A program made the position numbers and the translations under genes. Under the pieces are notes generated by a model, which did not search any database, had not been told where the DNA came from, and saw only the letters and a program-made list of their open reading frames with translations. From Klebsiella pneumoniae (GTDB lineage: Bacteria > Pseudomonadota > Gammaproteobacteria > Eutrophobiales > Eutrophobiaceae), in the NCBI GenBank assembly GCA_945878555.1, contig CAMDWI010000007.1, forward strand, positions 67,698-131,697: DNA of 64,000 bases. The letters are read 5' to 3'. Below, piece by piece: positions 31,717 through 43,072 of the stretch (positions are counted from its first letter, which is position 1; every line of letters starts with the position of its first letter).

Positions 31717-33279
31717 ATGTCCGTAGTAAAACGTGCGCTCGTCAGTGTTTCCAACAAGACCGGAATTATCGATTTTTGCAGGGAGCTGCAGGATCTTGGT
31801 ATTACGATTTTATCCACCGGCGGAACAGCCAGCCTGTTACAGAAACAGGGCATCAGTGTCACCGATGTCTCTGATTACACAGGTTTTCCCGAAATGATGG
31901 ACGGGCGGGTCAAGACGCTGCATCCAAAAATTCATGGTGGTCTGCTGGGCAGATCCGGCAAGGACGATGCAGTAATGAAGGAACACGGTATCGAGGCTAT
32001 CGATCTGGTGGTGGTCAACCTGTATCCATTTGAAGCGACCGTCAGCCGCCCGGACTGTACTCTGGAAGAGGCCATTGAAAATATCGATATTGGCGGCCCG
32101 ACCATGATCCGCTCGGCCGCAAAGAATCATGCCCGTGTCGGCGTGGTGGTCGACACAGCAGACTATGAGAGTGTGTTGACCGAGCTGAAACAGAACCATT
32201 GCAGCCTCAGTGATGCCACACGTTTCCGACTCGCCAAGAAGGTATTCTCACATACGGCCAGCTATGATGGTGCCGTATCGAACTACCTCGGTAATATCGT
32301 CAGCGAGGGCAAATATCAGGACTTCCCGGATACTTTCACGATGCAGTTTCGCAAGGCCCAGGACTTGCGTTACGGCGAAAACCCGCACCAGTCTGCCGCC
32401 TTCTACCGGGATCACAACAGTCCGGCCGGCACGCTGGCCAGCGCCCGGCAATTACAGGGCAAGGAACTGTCCTACAACAATATTGCCGATACCGACGCGG
32501 CACTAGAATGTGTACTCGGTATGGAAGGACCAGCCTGTGTCATTGTCAAACATGCCAACCCATGTGGTGTTGCAGAGTCGGATAATATCCTGGATGCCTA
32601 TGAGAAGGCTTACGAGACCGATCCGGTCTCTGCCTTTGGTGGCATAATTGCATTCAATCGCAAACTCGATGCCGAAACCGCACGCGTTATTATTGATCGC
32701 CAGTTTGTCGAGGTCATCATTGCCCCTGAACTGGAAGAGGGAGTACTTGCCGTGACCGGGGCCAAACAGAATATCCGGGTGATGGTCAGCGGTTATCGTG
32801 ATACACCGATCAGGCAGCTCGAATTGAAACGGGTCAGTGGTGGCCTGCTGATCCAGGACAGCGATACCGGCATCATCAAACCTGCCGACCTGAAGATAGT
32901 TACCCGACGCAAACCGACCCCCCAGGAACTGACTGATCTGTTGTTTACCTGGCACGTGGCCAAATTTGTGAAATCGAATGCCATCGTCTATGGCAAGGAT
33001 CGGCGCACTATTGGTATCGGGGCAGGGCAGATGAGCCGCGTCTACAGCGCACGGATTGCAGCCATCAAGGCAGACGATGGCGGTCTTGAGGTTACGGGTT
33101 CGGTCATGGCCTCGGATGCCTTCTTCCCATTCAGAGATGGCATTGATTCCGCGGCGAAAGCCGGCATCGTAGCCGTGATCCAGCCAGGCGGCTCGGTCCG
33201 GGACGAAGAGGTTATCGCGGCCGCTGATGAGCATGGCATGGCAATGGTATTTACCGGCATGCGCCATTTCAGACACTGA
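31717..33279 (+). CDS. purH: Bifunctional AICAR transformylase/IMP cyclohydrolase
   Basis: [30 protein letters not shown]. Confidence 0.97.
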   Translation: MSVVKRALVSVSNKTGIIDFCRELQDLGITILSTGGTASLLQKQGISVTDVSDYTGFPEMMDGRVKTLHPKIHGGLLGRSGKDDAVMKEHGIEAIDLVVVNLYPFEATVSRPDCTLEEAIENIDIGGPTMIRSAAKNHARVGVVVDTADYESVLTELKQNHCSLSDATRFRLAKKVFSHTASYDGAVSNYLGNIVSEGKYQDFPDTFTMQFRKAQDLRYGENPHQSAAFYRDHNSPAGTLASARQLQGKELSYNNIADTDAALECVLGMEGPACVIVKHANPCGVAESDNILDAYEKAYETDPVSAFGGIIAFNRKLDAETARVIIDRQFVEVIIAPELEEGVLAVTGAKQNIRVMVSGYRDTPIRQLELKRVSGGLLIQDSDTGIIKPADLKIVTRRKPTPQELTDLLFTWHVAKFVKSNAIVYGKDRRTIGIGAGQMSRVYSARIAAIKADDGGLEVTGSVMASDAFFPFRDGIDSAAKAGIVAVIQPGGSVRDEEVIAAADEHGMAMVFTGMRHFRH

Positions 33280-33283
33280 TACG

Positions 33284-34579
33284 ATGAAAGTCCTGATCGT
33301 AGGTAGTGGAGGCAGGGAACATGCGCTGGCATGGAAAGTAGCACAGTCCCCCGGCGTTGAAATCGTTTATGTCGCACCGGGTAATGCCGGTACCGCTGTT
33401 GAGACCGGAGTCAGTAACGTACCAATTGCCGCTGAAGATACCGCAGCCCTTATCCGCTTTGCACAACAACAGTCCATTGGACTGACCATTATCGGACCGG
33501 AAGGGCCGCTGGTTAGCGGCATCGTGGATGCGTTCTCGGCGGCCGGTCTGCCCTGTTTTGGTCCACGCAAAAACTCGGCCGTTCTGGAAGCTTCCAAGTC
33601 ATTCACGAAGGATTTTCTCAGTCGCCACAAGATCCCCACGGCGGCTTATCAGGTCTTTACCGATCTGGACCAGGCAATTAACTATATCAAAGGCCATGAA
33701 ATTCCGGTCGTTATCAAGGCGGACGGTCTGGCCGCAGGCAAGGGTGTCGTAGTCGCGGTCAACGAGCAACAGGCTCTCGATGCCGTCACCGATATGTTAC
33801 AGGCAAACAAGTTCGGTGATGCCGGTCATCGTGTCGTCATTGAAGAATTTCTGACCGGAGAAGAGGCCAGTTTTATCGTCATGGTCGATGGCGAGAACAT
33901 TCTGCCTATGGCCACGTCGCAGGACCACAAGGCACGCGACCAGGGGGATCTAGGTCCGAATACCGGCGGGATGGGCGCCTATTCGCCTGCACCGGTCATC
34001 ACGCCTGAACTGCATGACAGGATTCTCGCCGAGGTCATACGTCCTACGGTTAATGGCATGAAAATGGAAGGCAGGACCTATACCGGATTTCTGTATGCTG
34101 GACTGATGATTTCGCCCGAAGGCAAGATACGTGTGCTGGAGTACAACTGCCGGTTTGGTGACCCTGAAACCCAACCGATCATGATGCGTCTACAAAGCGA
34201 CCTGGCTGAACTGTGTCTGCAGGCACTTGCAGGCAAACTGGATCAGGCCACGGTGACCTGGGACAAACGACCGGCCCTTGGTATCGTCGCCGCAGCGGGC
34301 GGTTATCCCGACACACCACGCAAGGGAGATGTGATCAGTGGGCTCGACAGTCAGTTTGGTCCTGACGTAAAGGTCTTTCATGCCGGTACTACCTTGCGCG
34401 ACAACGACGCGATCACCTCGGGTGGCAGGGTACTTTGTATCACCGCGCTGGGGAATACCGTAACTCAGGCACAACAGTCTGCCCTGGCGGCCATCCGCCA
34501 TATCACCTGGGACGGCATGTTTTATCGCGACGATATAGGCTATCGTGCCATCGCCAGAGAGACCACACAAAAAGGTTAA
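33284..34579 (+). CDS. purD: Phosphoribosylamine--glycine ligase
   Basis: [34 protein letters not shown]; real start ATG 33284. Confidence 0.97.
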   Translation: MKVLIVGSGGREHALAWKVAQSPGVEIVYVAPGNAGTAVETGVSNVPIAAEDTAALIRFAQQQSIGLTIIGPEGPLVSGIVDAFSAAGLPCFGPRKNSAVLEASKSFTKDFLSRHKIPTAAYQVFTDLDQAINYIKGHEIPVVIKADGLAAGKGVVVAVNEQQALDAVTDMLQANKFGDAGHRVVIEEFLTGEEASFIVMVDGENILPMATSQDHKARDQGDLGPNTGGMGAYSPAPVITPELHDRILAEVIRPTVNGMKMEGRTYTGFLYAGLMISPEGKIRVLEYNCRFGDPETQPIMMRLQSDLAELCLQALAGKLDQATVTWDKRPALGIVAAAGGYPDTPRKGDVISGLDSQFGPDVKVFHAGTTLRDNDAITSGGRVLCITALGNTVTQAQQSALAAIRHITWDGMFYRDDIGYRAIARETTQKG

Positions 34580-34832
34580 TAATAATAAGCTTAGGGTTTC
34601 ATACCTAAAGCATAACCTCATCAATATCCGGGCCATACCTGTCTGCAGGTGTGGCCCATTTCTGTGAAATTTATGCAGGATTTCCGCTATTAGATTTGGA
34701 TTTGACCGGTTTCCATAGCATAATTGCCGCTATTGGGGATGATAAGTAGCGGATGACCTGACACAGCATTACCTTTGAAACACCAGGAATTCATAATCAA
34801 ATTCATACTGATGCAAATCATGAGGAGACAAC

Positions 34833-35156
34833 ATGGCTAAGACAGTTTCTACCAAACAAACAAAATCCCAGATCTTGAGCAGCCTTGCTGATGAGACAGG
34901 ACTATCCAAAAAAGAAGTGACCGCCGTACTTGATGGTCTCGCCAAACTTTCCCAGGCACATCTGAAGAAAGGTGGTTCAGGCGAATTTTCCGTACCCGGT
35001 CTTGGCATCAAATTGCGCAGGGTCATCAAGCCCGCACGTGAAGCCAGAAAAGGGACTAATCCGTTTACCGGTGAGGAAATCATGATTAAGGCCAAGCCTG
35101 CTGTCACCAGCGTCAAGGCCACTGCACTGAAGGCGTTAAAAGACGCGGTTGCCTGA
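34833..35156 (+). CDS. HU/IHF-family DNA-binding protein (atypical subtype)
   Basis: Basic protein with KPAREARKGTNPFTGEEIMIKAKPA arm; GAGGAG RBS. Confidence 0.88.
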   Translation: MAKTVSTKQTKSQILSSLADETGLSKKEVTAVLDGLAKLSQAHLKKGGSGEFSVPGLGIKLRRVIKPAREARKGTNPFTGEEIMIKAKPAVTSVKATALKALKDAVA

Positions 35157-35180
35157 TCTCTCTTGCAGCTGAAGTATGTT

Positions 35181-35210
35181 AAAGGCCGTTCTGAACGAAC
35201 GGCCTTTTTT
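35181..35210 (+). terminator. Intrinsic terminator between convergent HU-like gene and hisH
   Basis: AAAGGCCGTTC-loop-GAACGGCCTTT followed by T-run. Confidence 0.8.
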
Positions 35211-35212
35211 AT

Positions 35213-35848
35213 TTACCAGGCCAGGAAGTTGGACAACAACTGTAAACCGGCGCGCTGACTCTTCTCTGGATGGAATTGAACTGCAAACAGATTATCCCTG
35301 GCTATCGCACAGGTGAAATCCACCATATAGGAAGTTGTTGCGGCGGTCACGATATTACTGTCTGGCTTCACATAATAACTGTGGACAAAATAGAACCGTT
35401 CCCCTGAGGGTATACCTTTCCATAAAGGATGTGGCTGCACCTGATCCACATTGTTCCAGCCCATATGCGGTATCTTGTACCGATTCCCTGCCGCATCCAC
35501 CCTGCCGTCCGGAAAACGCACCACACGCCCGGGAATTACACCCAGACCGTCTGTACCATTGTCTTCCTCACTGAATTCGAGCAATGATTGCAAACCGAGA
35601 CACAGCCCCAGAAACGGCTTGTTTTGCAAGGCCAGCAACAGCGGCTCGACCAGATTTTTTTCCTTAAGGGCATCCATACATTGCCGTATTGCACCTTGTC
35701 CCGGGAATACAATGCGATCTGCCTTCTGTATCTGTTCGGCAGTTGAGCAAACACTGATCCGGTGTCTGGATTCAGACACATGTTCAAGTGCCTTGACCAC
35801 CGAGCGCAGGTTACTCGCACCATAATCAATGACTGCTACTGATTTCAT
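35213..35848 (-). CDS. hisH: Imidazole glycerol phosphate synthase subunit HisH
   Basis: IDYGASNLRSV, GLCLGLQ, PHMGWN, QFHPEKS. Confidence 0.96.
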   Translation of the reverse strand: MKSVAVIDYGASNLRSVVKALEHVSESRHRISVCSTAEQIQKADRIVFPGQGAIRQCMDALKEKNLVEPLLLALQNKPFLGLCLGLQSLLEFSEEDNGTDGLGVIPGRVVRFPDGRVDAAGNRYKIPHMGWNNVDQVQPHPLWKGIPSGERFYFVHSYYVKPDSNIVTAATTSYMVDFTCAIARDNLFAVQFHPEKSQRAGLQLLSNFLAW

Positions 35849-35868
35849 GACCGTCGGGCTCTTCTGGC

Positions 35869-36465
35869 TTACAAGGTACCCTTGGTGGATGGCATGATAC
35901 CTTCCATGCGCGGGTCACGTTCGACCGCCATGCGCAGCGCCCTGCCGAAGGCCTTGAAGATGGTTTCTGCAATATGGTGGGCATTCCGGCCACGGATATT
36001 GTCGATATGCAGGGTCACATTGGCATGATTGACGAAACCCTGGAAAAATTCGTAGATCAGGTCGATATCAAAATCGCCTACACGCGCACGCGGATAATCG
36101 ACATGGTATTCAATACCTGGACGGCCAGAACAATCGAGTACGACACGCGACAGGGCCTCGTCCAGTGGCACATAGGCATGACCATAACGATATATACCCT
36201 TCTTGTCACCCAGTGCCCTGGTGACCGCCTGGCCCAGTGTGATACCAACATCCTCAACCGTATGATGCGCGTCAATCTCAAGGTCACCCGTGGCGTTGAC
36301 GGTCAGGTCTATCATGCCGTGGCGTGCAATCTGATCCAGCATATGCTCAAGAAAGGGTACCCCGATCTTCAGCTGCGACTGACCGGTCCCGTCCAGGTTT
36401 ACCTCCACCGCAATGCTGGTTTCCTTCGTCTCGCGTTTTACCACAGCTGTTCTTTTGTTTGACAT
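35869..36465 (-). CDS. hisB: Imidazoleglycerol-phosphate dehydratase (monofunctional)
   Basis: RETKET, HHTVED, NAHHIAE, PSTKG. Confidence 0.97.
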   Translation of the reverse strand: MSNKRTAVVKRETKETSIAVEVNLDGTGQSQLKIGVPFLEHMLDQIARHGMIDLTVNATGDLEIDAHHTVEDVGITLGQAVTRALGDKKGIYRYGHAYVPLDEALSRVVLDCSGRPGIEYHVDYPRARVGDFDIDLIYEFFQGFVNHANVTLHIDNIRGRNAHHIAETIFKAFGRALRMAVERDPRMEGIMPSTKGTL

Positions 36466-36528
36466 CGATCAATATCCGCACAATTCAAGTTTGGTTACAA
36501 TAACATATGATGCAGTAAATGTTATTAA

Positions 36529-37485
<957 letters not shown>

Positions 37486-37571
37486 TACGGCTGCGATTCT
37501 GCATCTCCCTTGAGTATAAGGCAGGGAATGAGCGACGGGCGCTTTTATTCGGCTTCGATTAGGCACCGCTC

Positions 37572-37675
37572 GGTAGTCCGGTATGGTCGTTCAAGACACG
37601 CCGTAAATACATCCATGTAGGCTCGGGTGCCGCATCCCTGCGGCACACGGTCTTTCACAACCATACCGGACTACC
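37572..37675 (-). repeat. Dispersed structured intergenic element, copy 2 (GGA-loop strand -)
   Basis: Arms GGTAGTCCGGTATGGTCG / CAACCATACCGGACTACC; core is reverse complement of copy 1 core. Confidence 0.92.
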
Positions 37676-37712
37676 TCTTCAGTACTGTGAGTACTTTGCT
37701 ATCCGGGTGATT

Positions 37713-38150
37713 CTAGGTCTGTAGCCAGAAGGTTACCGGACCATCATTTACGAGATGCACCTGCATGTCGGCTCCAAACTGGCCGGTACCGACTTTTGTG
37801 TATTTCAGCCTGGCCTGTTGCAGCAGATAGTCAAACAACTCGCGGCCCAGATCGGGTGGTGCGGCGGTACTGAAACCGGGGCGCGTGCCCTTGCGGGTAT
37901 CGGCGGGCAGGGTAAACTGGGGTACAAGTAACAAACCACCCTGAATATCAGTCAGGGCCAGATTCATCCTGTCGTTGGCATCAGCAAAGATTCGGTATCC
38001 CAACATGCGTTCAAGCAAACGGTCAGCCTTCGCGGGTGTGTCGTGTTTTTCTACACCTATCAGGGCGCAAATGCCCTGCTCTATACTGGCGATAGTCTGC
38101 TGGTTGACTACCACCCGGGCCTGGCTGACCCGTTGAATCAGGCCTATCAC
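37713..38150 (-). CDS. dtd: D-aminoacyl-tRNA deacylase
   Basis: IQRVSQARV, PQFTL, FGADMQV.LVNDGPVT. Confidence 0.95.
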   Translation of the reverse strand: MIGLIQRVSQARVVVNQQTIASIEQGICALIGVEKHDTPAKADRLLERMLGYRIFADANDRMNLALTDIQGGLLLVPQFTLPADTRKGTRPGFSTAAPPDLGRELFDYLLQQARLKYTKVGTGQFGADMQVHLVNDGPVTFWLQT

Positions 38151-38174
38151 CTGGCGATGCTACGCGGGGTCAAA

Positions 38175-38330
38175 TCAGGGGAGCATACCCAGGTAATCAA
38201 GGATATTCACTGCAAAAAGCGCGACAGCAGCGGCAAGCACGGCCCACTCCATATTGCGTCTCGCCAAAAATCCGGTGAAATGCAGGATCAGTACGATGAT
38301 GGAAAGAATATAAACTATGTAAAAAATCAT
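38175..38330 (-). CDS. Small two-TM membrane protein, 51 aa (not in ORF track)
   Basis: Manual translation MIFYIVYILSIIVLILHFTGFLARRNMEWAVLAAAVALFAVNILDYLGMLP*; GAGGG upstream; fills rpiA-dtd gap co-directionally. Confidence 0.7.
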   Translation of the reverse strand: MIFYIVYILSIIVLILHFTGFLARRNMEWAVLAAAVALFAVNILDYLGMLP

Positions 38331-38489
38331 AACTTACCCTCGTGGGTGTCGATTGATTAATTATTATTATAGGTACTGCCTGCCTGATAATTCAGCCTGT
38401 CTAATCAATGGTATCCAGTTACTTACGATACCTGCCAAATTACAAGCGCCTGTAATATATAACATTTACCGGGGTTCTGCCAGACACAA

Positions 38490-39149
38490 TCACCTGCGCA
38501 ATGTCCGCACAGATTGATCATCAGCTACCAGCAGGATATCGGCCGGTCGACGGGCAAACAAACCGTTGGTCACGACGCCGGTTATCTGGTTCAGTTGCGA
38601 CTCCAGTTCGACTGGATTCAATATACTCAGATTATGCACGTCGAGGATGATATTGCCGTTATCGGTAATAAACCCTTCGCGGAGGATCGGTTTGCCGCCC
38701 AGCCGTGCGATGCTCCGTGCCACGTGGCTGCGGGCCATCGGAATCACCTCAACCGGCAGTGGAAACTTGCCTAATATATCAACGACCTTGGAATCATCGA
38801 CGATGCAGACGAAAGTCTTGCTGACAGCGGCCACAATCTTTTCCCGGGTCAGGGCACCACCGCCGCCCTTGATCAATTGCAGGTGACGGGTTGTTTCATC
38901 GGCTCCGTCTACATAGACCGGCACCTCATCTACACTGTTCAGGTCCAGAACCGGGATATGGTGCCTGCGCATCAACTCTTCCGAGGCCTTTGAACTGGAG
39001 ACCCCGCCTTCAATGCGGTGTTTGATCGTGGCGAGATAATTGATGAAATGGTTCACTGTACTGCCCGTACCCACACCAACGATCATATTGTCCTCAATAT
39101 ATTCGAGTGCCGCCTTCGCTACTGCCTGCTTCTTTTCATCTGCTGTCAT
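38490..39149 (-). CDS. rpiA: Ribose-5-phosphate isomerase A
   Basis: [23 protein letters not shown]; ATG 39149. Confidence 0.97.
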   Translation of the reverse strand: MTADEKKQAVAKAALEYIEDNMIVGVGTGSTVNHFINYLATIKHRIEGGVSSSKASEELMRRHHIPVLDLNSVDEVPVYVDGADETTRHLQLIKGGGGALTREKIVAAVSKTFVCIVDDSKVVDILGKFPLPVEVIPMARSHVARSIARLGGKPILREGFITDNGNIILDVHNLSILNPVELESQLNQITGVVTNGLFARRPADILLVADDQSVRTLRR

Positions 39150-39236
39150 TTGTGAACCTCTGGTCTGCCCCGATAGTATTTTTGAAATTTTCAGGCCGGC
39201 AGGCAAAGTCTCCCGACACAGCTGACATTAAACATG

Positions 39237-40046
39237 TTACCCCTCTCGTTTACGCAGCAATTTCTCCGAGATATCAAATGAGTTCTGATCATCCACATCT
39301 ATCGGACCGAAATCATACGGAAGGAAAACCGCTGCCACCTTGACCCCGAAGCCCTTGCCGATGCGACGTACCATACCGTCTATTGTGATCATTTTCAGTT
39401 TGTAGAGCAGGAACGATATCAGTCCGAATGCCTTGAGAATGCGAATATGGCGCTTGCCGAACTGGCCACCGCCGCGAAATACCTCCACGGTCTTCAGTGC
39501 GTTCCGATCCTTTAGCGAATACAGGTTACAGGAGGAGAATCCGCCGTCCTTCAGCCGGTGAAACGCCTTGGCGGCCTCGGGCAAGGTGGCAACAACCACT
39601 TCCTCACGGGTGATGCCACAGGAGACGTCGGCACGATTGGTTTCGGCACCGTCGATAAAATCGCGCACGATATCCGGCGTATGCAAGGCATTGTCACCGG
39701 TAGTAATCATGATTGGCCAGTCTGTGTCCGGGATCTGTTCCGCTGCGGCGAGTACACTGTCGGTCAGGGAGTTGCGTGCGGAAACAGTACTGACTGAGCC
39801 GTTCGCCAGCCAACCTGATATTTTAGTATTTGTTCGCAGCACCTGCGGATCATCAATCGACACATACACATGTTTACAGCGGCCACTTTGCAGTACGGCC
39901 TCAATGACCCGTTCAAGCATGGGCCGCCCGTTAATCGGCGCCAGACATTTGTGGGTCACACCAGCCGCCCTGGCCAGCGGGTCGAGGATACCGGGCCTTC
40001 TGGCAGCCAGTACCAGGGCGCTGTATTGTAATTTCGAACCTTGCAT
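39237..40046 (-). CDS. Nucleotidyltransferase (MobA-like NTP transferase) family protein
   Basis: LVLAARRPG..DPLA....THKCL.PING.PML, ITTGDNAL, IDVD. Confidence 0.78.
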   Translation of the reverse strand: MQGSKLQYSALVLAARRPGILDPLARAAGVTHKCLAPINGRPMLERVIEAVLQSGRCKHVYVSIDDPQVLRTNTKISGWLANGSVSTVSARNSLTDSVLAAAEQIPDTDWPIMITTGDNALHTPDIVRDFIDGAETNRADVSCGITREEVVVATLPEAAKAFHRLKDGGFSSCNLYSLKDRNALKTVEVFRGGGQFGKRHIRILKAFGLISFLLYKLKMITIDGMVRRIGKGFGVKVAAVFLPYDFGPIDVDDQNSFDISEKLLRKREG

Positions 40047-40074
40047 GGGCTTGTTTAATGCTCCCGAGGGTGGA

Positions 40075-41499
40075 TTAGGATGCCTGCAAGTTTACTGCAA
40101 AACACCGGCTCATGTCGCTGGCCAGTGTCAAGGTGTGAAAGTCGCGCAAGGCCTGTTTCAAGGCCATGGCCTGTGTGTTATCAAGCAGACCCTGCACACA
40201 GGCATCGTACTTTTCCCAGTACTCTGCAATTGTAAATGGTGCGGTGATACTGCCTCTCGGCATCCGGGCTGTCAGCATGTATTGTCTGCCATCCGTGGTC
40301 AGTACGGTCAGCCGGGTGGGGAATTCGCTTTCGAGCTTGTCTACCGGGCGCAACTGGATCCGGTTGAAGTACATCCTCAGTTCCGGTCTCGCCACGGCCT
40401 CGTCAGTAAAGTCCTGCAGTCCGCAATAACCTGTTGCAAGCAGACAGGCAAGTGCATACTGCATTGAGAACTTCGCCTCCAGACCGTTCACAGGTTTATG
40501 GTAAAACAGGTTGTCCAGATGAGATTTGGGTGCCTCAACGATGATGGTAATAACACTGTCAGGGCTGATTGGATTGGTCTGTAGTATCTCCAGCAATAAA
40601 TCCATAGCCCGATGGGCACTGCCACAGTTTGGAAACCGTTTTACCCGGAAACCGTATTCGGTAATGTGCAGCGGTTCGCCAATATTTCCGGTTTCAAATG
40701 TCAGCGTCTGACCATGTTCAGTACCGGTTAATCCCTTTCTCAGTTCGTCACGATCCGGTCCCACCATCAATGTATTCATGCCGGTCGGACCATCAAGCGT
40801 GTGTTTACCCGCCTTCATACCATTCTGTGCCAGTGCAGCGGCCACCACGCCACCTTTCGCGGCGAGGCCGGCATGTAAAGATTTTGCCATCGAGCCAAAC
40901 TGGGACATAAATCCGGACGACATGCTGCTGGCCAGAGACAAGGCATGTGCGCTCTGTGTGGCATCCAGCTTCAGCAAGCGGGCACATGCGGCGGCGGCGC
41001 CAAACACGCCAACGGTAGCCGTTGCATGCCAGCCGCGATTACGATGAACCGGATTCACACCCTGGCCCACCCTGCCCATGATCTGCAGACCGACAATATA
41101 GGCATCCAGCACATCCATACCTGAAATTTCATGCGTATCTGCCAGTGCAAGTATGGCGGGATAGAGGACAGCTGAGGCATGCGCCTTGGGTGGGTCAAAA
41201 TTATCATCAAAATCGAGAGCATGGGCAGCAGTGCCGTTCACGAGCGCGGCCCAGGGAGCGGCAAACCTGTCAGTTGCACCGATAATATTGGCACCACTAT
41301 CAGTACCACCCCAGGATCGTACTGTCGCCAGTGCAATCCTGGCGGAGGGTTCGATCGCGCCTGGTATCATCACCGCGATCGTGTCAATCAACTGACGGTG
41401 GGCGCTCTCGTATGCCGCATGACTCCATTCAACCGGGCAATTTGCTATCCATTCGCCATAGGCATCAACGACATTGACGGGGGCAGATTCTGTACTCAT
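40075..41499 (-). CDS. MmgE/PrpD family protein
   Basis: AALVNGTAAHALDFDD, GWHATAT, KSLHAG, EAKFSMQY. Confidence 0.9.
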   Translation of the reverse strand: MSTESAPVNVVDAYGEWIANCPVEWSHAAYESAHRQLIDTIAVMIPGAIEPSARIALATVRSWGGTDSGANIIGATDRFAAPWAALVNGTAAHALDFDDNFDPPKAHASAVLYPAILALADTHEISGMDVLDAYIVGLQIMGRVGQGVNPVHRNRGWHATATVGVFGAAAACARLLKLDATQSAHALSLASSMSSGFMSQFGSMAKSLHAGLAAKGGVVAAALAQNGMKAGKHTLDGPTGMNTLMVGPDRDELRKGLTGTEHGQTLTFETGNIGEPLHITEYGFRVKRFPNCGSAHRAMDLLLEILQTNPISPDSVITIIVEAPKSHLDNLFYHKPVNGLEAKFSMQYALACLLATGYCGLQDFTDEAVARPELRMYFNRIQLRPVDKLESEFPTRLTVLTTDGRQYMLTARMPRGSITAPFTIAEYWEKYDACVQGLLDNTQAMALKQALRDFHTLTLASDMSRCFAVNLQAS

Positions 41500-41520
41500 A
41501 GGCTAGTCCGTGTAATACGA

Positions 41521-41979
41521 TCATTCAAGACCGAGTATATAGTTCCATTCATCAGGGCTGACCGGCATGACCGACAACCGGCTCCCTTTCTGCAATAACT
41601 TCATGTTACTCAGGGCCTTATGTTCTCGCAATTCATTCAGGGTAATGATACGTTTAAACTGTTTTTTAAATTTCACATCGACCAGATACCAGGTCGGCTT
41701 GTCAGTCCGGCTTTTCGGATCGTAATGAATATGCTTTTTATCCAGGGCGGTCGGGTCCGGTCGCGCCGCATCTCTGACAGCCATGATTCCCGCAATGCCG
41801 GGTACCTCGCAGTTCGAATGATAAAAAAATGCCAGGTCACCGGCACGCATGTCGTCACGGATAAAGTTTCTGGCCTGATAATTCCGGATGCCATCCCAGG
41901 GTTCGGTCCTGTCGGGACGGTTTTTCAGATCACTGATACTGAATACGTCGGGTTCTGACTTCATCAGCCAATAATTCAT
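41521..41979 (-). CDS. EVE domain protein
   Basis: MNYWLMKSEP, WDGIRNYQARN, FFYHSNC, RLSVMPV; real start ATG 41979. Confidence 0.93.
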   Translation of the reverse strand: MNYWLMKSEPDVFSISDLKNRPDRTEPWDGIRNYQARNFIRDDMRAGDLAFFYHSNCEVPGIAGIMAVRDAARPDPTALDKKHIHYDPKSRTDKPTWYLVDVKFKKQFKRIITLNELREHKALSNMKLLQKGSRLSVMPVSPDEWNYILGLE

Positions 41980-42095
41980 CTGTGTCTGATCACTCTTACG
42001 TTTTTTCAGGTGCTGGATTAATCGCCATCGTCCCGGACTGGCATCAGTGATATGGCAGCAGATAATAAGTTGTAATCTGTTTATACACAACGGGG

Positions 42096-42130
42096 AAAAA
42101 CCCTTACAGGCGAACACATCGCCTGTAAGG
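42096..42130 (-). terminator. Intrinsic terminator downstream of 6S RNA
   Basis: Minus strand CCTTACAGGCGA-loop-TCGCCTGTAAGG then GTTTTT. Confidence 0.7.
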
Positions 42131-42141
42131 TATATTTAGGA

Positions 42142-42321
42142 GGGTATCAACCGTTCTGACGTTGAAAGCGCTGAACTTGAACCAATAGTTCAAGTGGGGA
42201 CAGCGTGTGACATATCAGGCTTCCCTTGCGGGCATGCACAACAACATCACGATTAGCCCCCGGGGTTATGTAATTAGGCTCAAGTTACCCTGCCTTGTTA
42301 CGCGCAGTCCAGAAGATACCC
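42142..42321 (-). ncRNA. ssrS: 6S RNA
   Basis: 180 nt directly downstream of zapA; ends pair (GGGTATC/GATACCC); conserved blocks CTTGAGCC, GCATG...GAAGCCT, CTTGAAC...GTTCAAG as in E. coli 6S. Confidence 0.9.
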
Positions 42322-42360
42322 AAGGTGAATATTTTCAGACGGACGATCACCAGTAAATCT

Positions 42361-42675
42361 CTACCGGATTTCCAGTTGTTTGCCACTGGTCAATGCGTCA
42401 TCCAGTTTGTTACGCAAGCGCTGGATCGTCTTGTCTATGGTTTTAGTATAGTCAGCATTCTGGCGTTTGTATGCAAGAAGTTCATGTGCAATGTTCAACG
42501 CAGCCATCACCGCAATGCGCTCGGAGCCGATGACCTTGCCTCCGTCTTTTGCGTCTTTCATTTTCATATTCAGGAAGGTGACAGCAGTATGTAACTGCTC
42601 ACGTTCGCTATCGTCACATGAAATCAGGTATTCCTTGTCGAGTATTCGTACAGTGACTGGTTTGGGGTTGCTCAT
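42361..42675 (-). CDS. zapA: Cell division protein ZapA
   Basis: VTVRILDKEY.ISC, ERIAVMAALNIAHELL. Confidence 0.93.
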   Translation of the reverse strand: MSNPKPVTVRILDKEYLISCDDSEREQLHTAVTFLNMKMKDAKDGGKVIGSERIAVMAALNIAHELLAYKRQNADYTKTIDKTIQRLRNKLDDALTSGKQLEIR

Positions 42676-42896
42676 GTCCGTGTTTCCATCGCCCGCAGAC
42701 GGGTAATCATCGATTCAATACGTACCCTGGCCTGCTCGGTTTTTTCAATCAGACTGGAACGCTCATTCACCATGTGTTCCTGCTGCGAGCGTAAGGTGAT
42801 GTTCTCGGACTTTAGAGTATCTACCGTGCGGATCAATTCATCCACACGCGCTTCAAGTGCAGCAAGGTCAAGGTTTTCACTGTTTTTTTCGTTCAT
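42672..42896 (-). CDS. TIGR02449-family coiled-coil protein (ZapB-like)
   Basis: LEARVDELI...ARVRIESMITRLRAME; overlaps zapA start. Confidence 0.85.
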   Translation of the reverse strand: MNEKNSENLDLAALEARVDELIRTVDTLKSENITLRSQQEHMVNERSSLIEKTEQARVRIESMITRLRAMETRT

Positions 42897-43072
42897 GGTC
42901 GAAACATTTTCTTGTATAAATTATGTAAAAACGCGTGTACATCATACCATCCAATATAGGGTGCCGCCTGATTACGGTCAACAGCCGATATTGGTGATTT
43001 ACTTTTACTACTTGAACCCGGATGATGTTGCCCTGCAAAATACCCGCTTATTCTGGAGAATCCGGTCGAATT

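Noticed and set aside
32503-33276. 257-aa ORF on - strand
   Set aside because: Antisense shadow of purH
39568-40467. 299-aa ORF on + strand
   Set aside because: Antisense to two well-supported genes
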